From Mobula hypostoma (taxonomy: Eukaryota): a DNA stretch of 64,000 nt. A program made the translations under genes and the position numbers. Shown here in pieces: positions 12,654 to 24,159 of this stretch (position 1 is its first letter; every line of letters begins with the position of its first letter). The notes under the pieces were generated by a model. It saw only the letters and a list, made by a program, of their open reading frames with translations, ran no database searches and was not told the origin of the DNA. The stretch is taken from NCBI RefSeq assembly GCF_963921235.1, contig NC_086097.1, forward strand, positions 104,782,001 to 104,846,000. The letters run 5' to 3'.

Positions 12654-13531
12654 TGTGACAAGAATACACATAGATTAAGATGTAGCTGTCCTGTGCTGGC
12701 ACCAGTGGGATCAGCAGTTGGTCTGCCACCTGTCTTCAGGAGAGAGAGAGATAAGGAAAACAATGGAGCAGCATTTGGAGATGTTAATGAAGGGGAAGGA
12801 GAGCTGTCAAGATCGGCTCCCCCTTTGAACCCTGAACTGTTTGAAGTGATGGACAGGCGATACCCCAGCAGGGGGATAAAAAGGGACAGGTTCGCTAAGG
12901 CAGGACACACACACGACACCCGAGGTAACGAGACCCTGGAAGCGGTGCGCCTCTCACAAGTCGGTGGGAAGCTTTTGGACGACTGATCGCGGGATCAAGC
13001 CATAGACGCTCAGGGTGGAAAGGCACGATCGGCGGGAACCTGGTGTGTGTCCACCCTTGCCTGGGTGCTGGGTTCACCGCAGAGAAACGATCGTATCTGG
13101 AAACGTAGGGGTCACGGTCAGTGACCTCAGATGACATCACAAAGGACTCGCCCGAAAGCTGACTGCGAAGGTCTGTGTGGAAGCCTTGAGTATTCATTCG
13201 TTTTTGCTCTCTCTTTCCTTCCCCCCCACACTGTCCATCTCCCACGGCAGCGATTACTGCGAACTGAACTGAACTAAATTGAACTGAACTTTGCGTCACT
13301 TTGAAACTGGTCATTTACCCCCAGACAACGATAGAGCTTGATTGATCCTGTTATCTGAATTCTGTGTACATGTATGTTTATCATTGCTGAACTGTTGCAT
13401 TCATTATCCTTTTGATTAGAGTACTGTGTTGCTTGTTTCTTTAATAAAACTTCCTTAGTTCTAGTAATCCAGACTCCAACTGAGTGATCCATTTCTGCTT
13501 GTTTGGCAACCCATTTATGGGGTACGTAACA
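12654..13531 (+). mobile_element. Solo LTR (Gypsy-like), 878 bp, family A copy 2
   Basis: TGTGACA...GTAACA termini, TSD GCGG (12650-12653 and 13532-13535), TATA-like GATAAAA near 12875, AATAAA at 13443. Confidence 0.92.
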
Positions 13532-14274
13532 GCGGTCAGTTGCAGTCTCTTTCTCCCCACTTTCCAGTGGACTGAAGTGATTTCTCACCTCCACTGTGTA
13601 CTGGGCTTGAAGAATAGGTTGTGAGGAGAATGCCTTCCAGTCTACCTTCTCCTTGGGACCTGTGGCTTTGGGTTGCCGCAGGCTCAGTCTCACTTGCATT
13701 GACACTACTCTGTGGTCAGAACTGACCGAGCTGAAGGTGCTGTAGGCTTCTGTGTTGATCACACAGTTACGCCATTTTGTTCTTATGAGGATGTAACGGA
13801 GCTGTTTCCTGTAGATGGAGGCTCTGTTTTCGTAGGTCCGCAGTTTACCAGCTCGCTTCTTGAATTGTGTGTTGGCAGCAATGAGACTGTGTTCCTGGAT
13901 GAAATCAACTAGATATTGTCCATTTCTGTTGGTAAAGTCTTAGTATGAGTATGGAACATCTTCCAGTCCAACCTGGGCATTAAAATCGCCGAGCACAGCC
14001 AGGACGTTATGTGCCGGTATTGAAGTGACAGTTTCGTGAAGTTTACTGTAGTAGGCCTCCACCTTCTCCTCGCTGCAGTTGTGCGGGGAGTAACATGATG
14101 ACAGAGGTTGCCGGGTTTCCATCGAATTCCGCAGTAAGGACTCTGTCACTGACTGAGACTACGCCCCTCAGTGTCTTCTTCGCCTTGTGGTTCAACATCA
14201 GCCCTACTCCACCTTGTGCTGACATTGTCGTCGGCTCTCTTCATGTGGATGTGGTTGAGGTGATGACGTGCATC

Positions 14275-14865
14275 TGTAAACGTAATTTTGCTGGATCAAA
14301 TAACGACAGCGCAAAAAGATCTTTTCACCTGTTAATTTCTTCGAACTCAGCTGGCGAGTGAACTTGGACCCGACATCAGGGAGAGAACCTTTCTCATCTC
14401 CCTGGCGGTTCTACAAGTTCACTGCCTGATGTCAGAATTGTCAGAAGTTATAAGGCCACCGATACAAAAGAACAATCAATGTGATAAGTATTCCAGCCAA
14501 GTCAATGGACTATTGATACAAAAGTATGATCAATTTGTTAGACACTCCAGCCACCTTAATTAAAGAAAGGAATGTCCTACCTGGTTTGCTGGAGCCACAA
14601 CTTAATTACAAAGATAAGAACATCCGTCAAATTTATGGTTTAATTAAGAAAGGAATGTTCTGTCTAATTTCCATCAGGTACTGCTTTTTGTCAAAATCAA
14701 AAGGTGTGAATCTTATGTGGATCTGGGCGAACTTTAATCCTTATCTTGCTCCAAAGAAGGCAGCTGTGAGACATTATTCAAACACACTGCAATCACAGAC
14801 ATAGGCAGTACTTAATTCATTGTTTACAGGGATCTGAGAATCCCCCATTCCCTTAAACTTTCTCA
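14275..14865. mobile_element. Solo LTR, 591 bp, a different family
   Basis: TG...CA termini and TSD CATC (14271-14274 and 14866-14869). Removing it rejoins the RTE frame ...IEVEGM|HVITSTT.... Confidence 0.85.
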
Positions 14866-15464
14866 CATCCCCTCTACCTCTATGAAACTTATCTCTTCGT
14901 CAGGGTGTACATGACGGTGTTCTTGGATCCCCAGGATGGAGATCTCGTAGCTGCTGGCCTGTGATGCCAACTCTGTGCATCGAGGCAAGAGGTGGATGGT
15001 GTTTGCGTTGAAGGTTGAGATGATCGTTTTTACCTTACAACGCAAAAGAGGCGCAGTTCGCTTGGCCCCCTTGTCGAACTCAACCCTCCTCTTCATACTG
15101 CCTGTCTCGGCCAGGGTCTGGACGTTCCGCAGAGTTCCTGAGCACTCCCGGCTCTAGAAGTATAGGGTTTTTGGGTTGTCTGTCATCATAATGCCTTACA
15201 AGGTGCAAAGCTAGACTAGACTAGAGGGCTTGAGTTATAAGGAGAAACTGGATAGGCTGAGTCTATTTTGTCTGGAGAAAAGGAGGCTGAGGGGCAATGT
15301 ATGGAAGCTTATAAAATTGAGGGGCATAGATAGGATAGACATGTTTTTTTCTCTTTGCTTGGTGTACGTAAGCAATAGGGCATTGGTTTAAAGTGATAGG
15401 AGACTTAAAGGGGATTTGAGGGAAATTTTTCACACACAGTAGTTAGTATCCAGAGGATGTTGTG

Positions 15465-15965
15465 CAGGCAGCACAATATCGACATCAGAGGGCTCTCGAA
15501 GTATCCTTTCTGGGTCCATCACACTTCGGAATTTCAACTGTTCTGCCCAAGACCACAAGAAACTGCAGAGAACTGTGGACGCATCTCAGTCTTATCATGC
15601 AGACCAGCCTCCCCTCATTGACTCTATCTACTCTTCTCGCCACCTTGATAAAGCTGCCTGCATAATCAAAAACGACCACCACTCCAGGCATTTTCCCTTG
15701 AAAACGCACCACCTAGGAGACTTCTTTTCCGTTGTTGTAAGGCTATTGAACAGACCTCTTGTACATTAATGAACTCTTGACCTCACTATCTACTTCATAT
15801 GACCCTTGTACCTTATTTCTTACCTGCACTGCACTTTTCTGTAACAATATATTCTGCTTTCTGTTCTTATTTTTCCCCTGTACAACCTAAATGTACATAT
15901 GTTTAGAAATGATTTTCAAATGATGCTTTTCAAAACAGTTTACTGTATTTCAATATGTGACAAAA
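15465..15965 (+). mobile_element. Rex1/Babar-type LINE 3' fragment
   Basis: ORF 15575-15769 (PLIDSIYSSRHLDKAACIIK...FFSVVVRLLN), homologous to the copy at 32878-33078. Confidence 0.65.
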
Positions 15966-16369
15966 ACGAAACAATGCCATTACTAATACTTGAAAGACCA
16001 GGGAACAGAGTGGTATAAAATTAATGCAGGTGTGGGGTTGACAAAGATTAACATTGGTATGGACACAGAGGGATTAAAGGCCTATGCTGTATTAGCCACG
16101 ACAATTTCATCTCAGAATAAGGGAATAACTGAATTTGGGCAGAGAGAATCATTATAAATCTTTGAAGTTATCCTTCTGTAGGTTGATTTTGATTGTGAGC
16201 ATATTTAATGTATTTTGGAAATTGCAACAATCTATAAACAACGGGAGAATTGGTAAAATTTCCTCAATTGATGGAACACTTCTAAATGTGCAACTCCCGT
16301 ACTATTTTTTCCAAACTAGCTCAGGCTGTGTCTGCTTTCGATGTGTATCAGAGTGTAGGAGAGATTTGT

Positions 16370-17275
16370 TCAAATCATTCCCCTAAGCAACAAGTACACC
16401 GCTTTGAATACCTGACAGAGTAAAGTCACAGCAGTCAGGTTTCTGGCACTGAGCTTCAGGCTGGGCGGTGAAATCTGACCTTGGAGCAAATAGTCTAGGC
16501 TCCAAGTCCTTTGGGAATGACGATCTGTTGTTTAGACTATTTAAATGCTGGCCCAAATGGACTGCAAAGAAGGTGTTGGAATCTCTGCGAGATCTGATTT
16601 GGCCATGTGCCAGTGAGGGCAAGAATAGATGAATGCATGGCTGAGGAACTAGTACAGGGCCAGAAGTTAAGATTTCAGAATCAATGGGATCTTTTCTGGG
16701 GAAGCTGCAAAAGGGACGGGCTACACTTGCACCCAAGGGGGACCAATATCCTTGTGGACAGGTTCGCTGGAACGTTTCAGGAGGTTTTAAACAAATTTGC
16801 CATGGGAATCCGAACTGGAGTGGTAGAGCTGACAAATACAGACTACTAGCAAGGGCGGCTGATGACGTTGAAAGGCCTAGACAGAGTAGGTGTGGAAAGG
16901 ATGTTTCCCGTGATGGGGGAGTCCAAGACGAGAGCATAGCCTCAGGTTAGAGGGGCCTCCATTTAAAACAGAATGCAAAGAAATTTCTTTAGCCAAATGG
17001 TGGTGAATTTGTGAAATCTTATTACCACAGACAGCTGTGGAGGACAAGTGGTTGGGTGTATTTAAGGCAGAGCTTGATAGGTTCTTGATTGGACATGGCA
17101 TCAAAGATTATGGGGAGAAAGCCAGGGAGTGGGGCCGAGGTGGGAGGGAAAAAGGATCCGCCATGATCGAATGGTAGAGCAGACACAATGGACCAGATGG
17201 TCTAAATCTACTGCTCTGTATGATAGGGCAAAATTGCAGTCAACAGGATGGATTACAATGTGAAAGATAGTCAAT
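16370..17275 (+). mobile_element. CR1 fragments (ORF1 remnant plus a separate 3' end)
   Basis: WDLFWG..KRDGLHL..GTNIL (ORF 16607-16849), with a CR1 3' region at ~16860-17220. Confidence 0.75.
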
Positions 17276-17280
17276 ATTAT

Positions 17281-19620
17281 TAAGACCATAAGGCATAGGA
17301 GCAGAATTAGGCCATCTGGCCCATCGGGTCTGCCCCTCCATTCAATCATGGCTGATCTTTTTTTTATATATCTCTTCCTCAACCCCAGTTCCCAGCTTTC
17401 TCCCCCTAACCGTTGATGCCATGTCTAATCAAGAACCTATTAATCTCTGCCTTAAATACACCCAGCAACCTGGCCTCCACGGCTGCATGTGATAACAAAT
17501 TCCACAAATTCACCACCCTTTAGCTAAAGAAATTTCTCCCCATCTCCGTTTTGAAAGAGTGCCCCTCCATCTTGAGGCTGTGCCCTCTTGTCCTTTACTC
17601 TCCCACCATGGGAAACCTCCTTTCTACATCTACTCTGTTTAAGCCTTTCAACATTTGAAAGGTTTCAATGAGATTTCCCCTTATTTTTCTGAATACAGAG
17701 CCAGAGCCTTCAAACGTTCCTCGTATGATAATCCTTTCATTCTCGGAATCATCCTTGTGAACCTGCTTTGGGCCCTCTCCAATGCCAGCACATCTTTTCT
17801 AAGATGAAGAGCCCAAAACTGTTCACAATACTCAAGGTGAGGCCTCACCAGTGCCTTATAAAGCCTCAGCATCACATTCCTGCACTTGTATTCTAGATCA
17901 CTTGAACTGAAAGCTAACATGGCATTTGTCTTCCTCACCACTGACTTAATCTGCAATTTAACCTTCAGGGTGTTCTGCACAAGGACTCTCAAGTCCCGCT
18001 GCATCTCAGATTCCTGGATTTTCTACCCCGTTTAGTAAATGGTCTGCACATTTACTTCTACTACCAAAGTGTATGACCATACATTTTCCAATATTGTATT
18101 TCATTTGCCACTTTCTTCCCCATGCTCCTAATCTGTCCTTTGGAATCCTACCTGTTTCCTCAACACTACCTGCCCATCCACCAGTCTTTGTATCATCTGT
18201 AAACTTGGCAACAAAGTCATCTATTCCATCATCTAAATCATTTATATACAGCATAAAAAGAAGTGGTCCCAAAACTGACCCCTGTGGAACACCGCTACTC
18301 ACTGGCAGCCAACCGGAAAAGGATCCTTTCATTCCCACTCGCTGCAACCAGCCAGTGCTCTAACCATGTTAGTAACTTTCCTGTAAATTAATGGGCTCTT
18401 AACTTGGTAAGCAGCCTCATGTGTGGCACCTTGTCAAAGGCCTTCTGAAAGTCCAAATATACAACATCCACTACATCCTATTCTACTTGTAATCTCAAGG
18501 AATTCCAACAGGTTCAACAAGCAGGATTTTTCCTGAAGGGAACTATTCTGACTTTGTACTATCTTGTCTTGTGTCACCAAGTACTCCATCACCTCATCCT
18601 GAACAATTGACTCCAACATCTTCCCAATCACTGAGGTCAGGCTAATTGGTCTATAATTTCCTTTCTGCTGCCTTCCCCCTTTTTTTTAAAGAGTGTAGTA
18701 ACATTTGCAATTTTCCAGTCCTCTGGCACCATGCCAGAGTCTGATGATTTTTCGAAGGTCATTTCTAATGCCACCACAATCTCTTAACGCTACCTCTTTC
18801 AGAACCCTAGGGTGCAGTTTCTCTGGTCCCGGTGACTTGTGTACCTTCTGTCTTGTAACAGTAACTGCACCCACTTCTCCTCCTTCACACACTACAACAT
18901 CAGTCATACTGCTAGTGTCTTCCACAGTGAAGACTGACGTAAAATACTCATTTAGTTCATCAGCCATTTCCTTGTCCCCCATTATTATTTCTTCTGCCTC
19001 ATTTTCTAGCGGTCCTATATCGACTCTCATTTCTCTTTTATTTTTAGCATACTTGGAAAAAAACTTTTACTATCCACTTTGATATTATTTGCTAGCTTGC
19101 TTTCATATTTCATCTTTTCCCTTCTAATAATTTTTTTAGTTGCTCTCTGGAGGTTTTTAAAAATTTCCCAATCCTCTATCTTCCCACTAATTTTTGCTTT
19201 GTTGTATGCCTTTTCTTTTGCTTTTACTTCCCTTGGCTGTACTGTTTTACCATTTGACTATTTCTTCATTTTTGGAATACACTTGTCCTGCACATTCCTC
19301 ATTTTTCCCAGGAATGCACACCATTGCTGCTCTGCTGACATCCCTGCCAGGAGCTCCTTCCAATTTACTTTGACCAACTCCTTTCTCGTACCACTGTACT
19401 TTCCCTTACTCCACTGAAATATTGCTACATCAGACTTTACTTTCTCCCTATCAAATTTCAAGTTGAACCCAATCATATTGTGATCACTGGTTCTAAGTGT
19501 TCTTTTACCTTAAGCTCCCTCACTGGCTCTGGTTCATTACATAACACCCAGTCCAGTATAGCTGATTCCCTAGTAGGTTCAACAAACTGCTCTGAAAAGC
19601 TATCTCATAGGCATTCAACA
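17281..19620 (-). mobile_element. CR1 LINE ORF2 and 3' end, 5'-truncated
   Basis: Tail aagaccataag at 17281. Minus ORFs with [28 protein letters not shown] and ADELNEYFTSVFT. Confidence 0.92.
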
Positions 19621-21510
19621 GGGTGATGAGTAGGGCTGAAGGTATTACATTTGAAGGTGTACTATCTACAGAATAAAGTAGGTGAACTTGTAGCACAGTT
19701 ACAGATTGGCATGTGTGCTGTTGTCATCTCCGAATCATGGCTGAAAGAGGATTACAGCTGGGAGCTTAATGTACAAGGATACACATTGTAGCCAAAGGAC
19801 AGGCAGATGGGGAGAAGGGGTAGAGTGGCTCTTGGTAAAAAATGATATCAAATCCTTAGAAAGAGGTGACAGGATCAGAAGGTGTAGAATTGTTGTGGGT
19901 AGAGCTTAGAAACTACAAGGGTTAAAATACCCTGATGGGAGTTGTATACAGATGTCGAAATGGCAAAGGTGTGAGCTAAAATGGATGATAGAAAATGCAA
20001 CATTCAATGTCGGGTGTGTAAAATGAGCTACCCTTTCAGTCAAGGTGGCAGTCAAGATTTAAAAGGCAGAGCTTTGCTGCAGTATCTGAGTTGAGGAGCA
20101 ACCAAACAGCAAGGGAGATTAATTTGATTGAAAGGCCAATAAAAATAATTTGTGGAAGCAGACTGGCCATTCTTTTGAATTTTGCCAATGGCTTTGCTCT
20201 TCAGATTTGAGCAAGGTAAAATATATTCCTCATTTGTTAGGGCATAGTAGTTTAGTGAGAATGGCTCTTGTTCTGTGTGGAATGTGGGAAGTCTGGGAGA
20301 CCGCCAGCCTCCAGATAATTGCATCTGCAGCTCGATGACCCCCCCCCCGCTATAGGGAGGTAATAATCCCTAGATTGCAGGAGACAGGTAACAGGATGAC
20401 TGTCATCAGAAGGAGGGGAAATACATAGCTAGCGCAGAGTACACCTGTAACTATTCCCCTCAATAAGTGTACAACTTTGGGGGACAATGGGGGACAACCC
20501 ATGCGGGGGAGCTACAGTGACCAGATGTCTGGGACTGGTCTGGTGCTGTGACTCAGAAGAGCAGAGGGGTGAAGAAGACTGCAGTGTTGATAGGAGATTC
20601 CATAGTCAGAGGAACAGAGATGAGATTCTGCGGGTGCAGTAGAGACACCTGGGTGATATGTTGCCTCCCATTAGCCAGGGTTGGAATTATCCCAGGTCGG
20701 GTCCATAGCATTCTCAAAGGTGAGGGTCAGCAGCCAGAAGTCCTGGTACATATTAGCACCAATGACATGGGTAGACAAGGTGAGGAGGTCCTGAAGAGAT
20801 TTTAGAGAGCTATGTGGAAAGGTGAAAAACAGGATCTCCAGGGTATTTTGGGATTGTTGCCTGTGCCATGTGGCAGTGAGGGTGTGGCAAGTGAATGCGT
20901 GGCTGAGGAACTGGTGCAGGGGGCAGGGGTTCAGATTTATGGATCACTGGGATCTCTACTGGGTAAATTATGACCTGCACAAAAGGTTTGGGTGACCCCT
21001 GAACTCCGGGGGGGGGGCGGGGTGGCAGGGGTTCCAATATTCTTGCAGGCCGGTTGACTAGAGTTGTTTGGGAGGGTTTAAGCTAATTTGGCAGGTGGGT
21101 GGGAACCAGAGTGAAAGTGCTGAGGATGAGGTAGTAGGTTTACAGAGGCAATGTGTAGATTCCTAGCAAAGAGAGGCTGTTGATGGGGCAAATTTGCAGT
21201 CAACAGGATAAGTTGCAAAGTAATAGGCAGACAAAATTGAAAAGGTTTAGTACAGGACTGAAGGTGTTATATTTGAATGCACACAGTATACAAAATAAAG
21301 TAGGTGAGTTTGTAGCAGTGACAGATTGGCAGGTATGATGTTGCAGGCATCACTAAATCATGGCTGAAAGAAGATTATAGCTGGGCACTTAATGGATACA
21401 CGTTGTATCAAAAGGACAGGCAGGAAGGCAGAATGGGTGACAAATTTGTTGATTTAAAAAAAAATTAAATTAAATAATTAGAAAAGGGTGATGTAGGGTC
21501 AGAAGGTGTT
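19621..21510 (+). mobile_element. CR1 5' remnants (APE start, then ORF1 esterase and APE start of another copy)
   Basis: ORF 20548-20805 (LIGDSIVRG...EVLVHISTND) and APE-start text ttatatttgaatgcacacag near 21265. Confidence 0.8.
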
Positions 21511-21736
21511 GAATCATAAGACCATAAGATATAAGAGCAGAATTAGGCCATTACATGGCTGATCCAATTTTTCTATTAGACCCAATCTCCTGCCCTCTCA
21601 TCATATCCCTTCATGCCCTGACCATTCAAGAATATATCAACCTCTGCCTTAAATACACATAAAGATTTGGCCTCCACAGATGCTTGTGGCAAAGCACTGT
21701 ACAGATTCATCACTCTCTCACTGAAGACATTCCAAC

Positions 21737-21787
21737 TCATCCATCCACCCATCCACCCATCCACCCATCCCTCCCTCCCTCCCTCCC
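21737..21787 (+). repeat. Compound microsatellite (CCAT/CCAC)n(CCCT)n
   Basis: catccatccacccatccacccatccacccatccctccctccctccctccc read directly. Confidence 0.85.
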
Positions 21788-22405
21788 ACACAGAAAGTGC
21801 AGGTGAACGCAGCAGGCTGGGCAGCATCTATAGGAAGAGGTACAGTTGACGTTTCAGGCCGAGACCCTTCGTCAGGATTAACTGAAAGAAGAGCTAGTAA
21901 GCGATTTGAAAGGGGGAGGGGGAGATCCGAAATGATAGGACAAGACAGGAGGGGGAGAGATAGAGCTAAGAGCTGGAAAGTTGATTCGCAGAAGGGAGAG
22001 GATCATGGGACGAGAGGCTGAGGGAGAAAGGAAAGGGGGGCAAGGAGTTATAGTGAGAGGGAGAAAAAAGGGGGGGAATAAATAAATAAGGGATGGGGTT
22101 CGAAGGGGAGGTGGGGCATTAACGGAAATTAGAGAAGTCAGTTTCATGCCATCAGGTTGGAGGCTACCCAAATGGAATATAAGGTGTTGTTCCTGCAACC
22201 TGAGTGTGGCTTCACCTTGACAGTAGAGGAGGCCGTTGATAGACATATCAGAATGGGAATGGGAATGGGAAGCGGAATTAAAATGTGTGGCCACTGGGAG
22301 ATCCTGCTTTCTCTGGTGGACAGAGCGTAGGTGTTCAGCGAGATGGTCTCCCAGCCTGCGTCGGGTTCGCCAGTATATAGAAGGCCACGTTGGGAGCACC
22401 GGACA
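21788..22405 (-). mobile_element. Penelope-like element 3' fragment (GIY-YIG C-terminus and pLTR with hammerhead core)
   Basis: ORF 21878-22570: TRRRLGDHLAEHLRSV...LPVATHFNS...EQHLIFHLGSLQPDGM. pLTR with CTGACGA...GAAACGTC at 21843-21880. Confidence 0.88.
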
Positions 22406-22418
22406 CATCTCTGTTCTT

Positions 22419-23635
22419 TGCCTAACTGAATTTTTTGAGGATGTGACTAAACACATTGATGGAGGTCGAGCAGTAGATGCACTGTATATGGACTTTAGCA
22501 AGGCATTTGATAAGGTACCCCATGCAACTCTTATTGAGAAAATAAGGAGACATGGGATCCAAGGGGACATAGCTTTGTGGATCCAGAATTGGCTTGCCCA
22601 CAGAAGGCAAAGAATGGTTGCAGACGGGTCACATTCTGCATGGAGGTTGGTAACCAGTGTTGTGCCTCAGGGATCTGTTCTGGCACCCATATCTTCGTGA
22701 TTTTTATAAATGAGCTGGATGAGGAAGTGGATGGATGGGTTAGTAAATTCGCTGATGACACAAAGGTTGGGGGTGTTGTGGATAGTGTGGAGGGCTGTCA
22801 GAGGTTAAAACGGGACATTGATAGGATGTAAAACTGGGCTGAGAAGTGGCAGATGGAGTTCAACCCAGATAAGTGTGAGGTGGCTCATTTTGGTGGGTCA
22901 AATAAGATGGCAGAATATCGTATTAATGGTAAGACTCTTTGCAGTGTGGAGGATCAGAGAGTTCTTGGGGTCCGAGTCCATAGGACGCTCAAAGCAGCTG
23001 CGCAGGTTGACTCTGTGGTTTAGAAGGCATACGGTGTATTGGCCTTCATCAATCATGGAATTGAATTTAGGAGCCAAGAGGTAATGTTGCAACTATATAG
23101 GACCCTGGTCAGACCCCACTTGGAGTACTGTGCTCAGTTCTGGTCGCCTCACTACAGGAAGGATGTGGAAACCATAGAAAGGGTGCAGAGGAGATTTACA
23201 AGGATGTTGCCTGGATTGGGGAGCATGCCTTATGAGAATAGGTTGCGTGAACTCGGCCTTTTCTCCTTGGAGTGACGGAGGATGAGAGGTGACCTGATAG
23301 AGGTGTATAAGATGATGAGAGGCATTGATCGTGTGGATAGTCAGAGGCTTTTTCCCCAGGGCTGAAGTAGCTAACATGAGAAGGCACATTTTGAAGTGCT
23401 TGGAAGTAGGTACAGAGGAGATGTCAGGGATAAGTTTTTTACGCAGTGAGTGGTGAGTGCATGGAATGGGCTGCTGGCGATGGTGGTGGCAGATAAGATA
23501 GGGTCTTTTAAGAGACTCTTGGATAGGTACATGGAGCTTCGAAAAATAAAGGACTATGAGTAACCCTAGGTAATTTCTCAGGTAAGGACATGTTTGGCAC
23601 AGCTTTGTGGACCAAACAGCCTGTATTGTGCTGTT
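22419..23635 (+). mobile_element. 5'-truncated CR1 (RT and 3' end)
   Basis: MDFSKAFDKVPH, PQGSVL, KFADDTK, RPHLEYCAQFWSP and a 3' UTR ending tgtattgtgctg. Confidence 0.92.
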
Positions 23636-24159
23636 TCTAAACAGACACTCTTCTGTTTGGAGGCTGTGTCCTCTGGTCTTAGACTCTCCCACCAGAAGAA
23701 ACATCCTCTCCACATCCACTCTCAAGACATTTCACCATCTAATAGGTTTCAATGAGATCACCCTTCATTCTTCTGAATGAGCCCACAGCAATCAAACACT
23801 TCGTATGACAAGCCATTCAATCCTGGAATCATTTTGTGAACCTCCTTTGACCGCCCCTCCAGTTTCAGCACGTTCTTTCTAAGATGAGGGGCCCAAAACT
23901 GCTCTCAGTACTCACCAATGTTTTATAAAAGTCTCAACATATCATCCTTGCGTTTATATTCTAGTCCCCTTGAAATGAATGCTAACATCGCATTTGCCTT
24001 CCTTACTAGAGGCTTGACCTGCAAGTTAACCCTCAGGGAATCCTGCACAAGGATTCCCAAGTCCCTTTGCATCTCAGCTTTTTTGTATTTTCTTTCCATC
24101 TAAAAAACTAGTGAACCTTTTAATTTCTTCTACTGAAGTACCTGATATCATTTTGCATA

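Larger units (their letters stand above)
9847..15210 (-). mobile_element. Essentially full-length RTE-clade LINE (single APE-RT ORF, disrupted), about 3.0 kb after removing three solo LTRs
   Basis: APE motifs STFNANT, GIQEHR, GGVG, LGDFNAQVG and SDHRVV. RT motifs NYRSIS, QNGFR, IDFRKAFDSIHR, GVLQGDTLA and DLDFADDI. 3' tail (GTA/ATA)n. Target GACTAGA at 9840-9846 recurs as (CTAGA)3 at 15211-15225. Confidence 0.88.
3590..15460 (+). mobile_element. Old CR1 ORF2 remnant split into four pieces (about 3590-3802, 4397-4440, 9301-9846, 15219-15460) by nested insertions
   Basis: CR1 RT text reads through each junction once the inserts are removed: gggatcta|aggtgagctag and gttgcctggactaga|gggcttgagttataaggag. 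Confidence 0.7.
21517..24115 (-). mobile_element. CR1 3' fragment (about 21517-21738 and 23632-24115) split by Penelope and CR1 insertions
   Basis: Tail cataagaccataag at 21515. Host text resumes briefly at 22407 (catctctgttct) and again at ~23632. Confidence 0.7.

Noticed and set aside
11575..13531. An intact LTR retrotransposon or a large-TIR DNA transposon
   Set aside because: The repeats are inverted, each has its own TSD, the spacer is RTE coding sequence, and there is no PBS, gag or pol.
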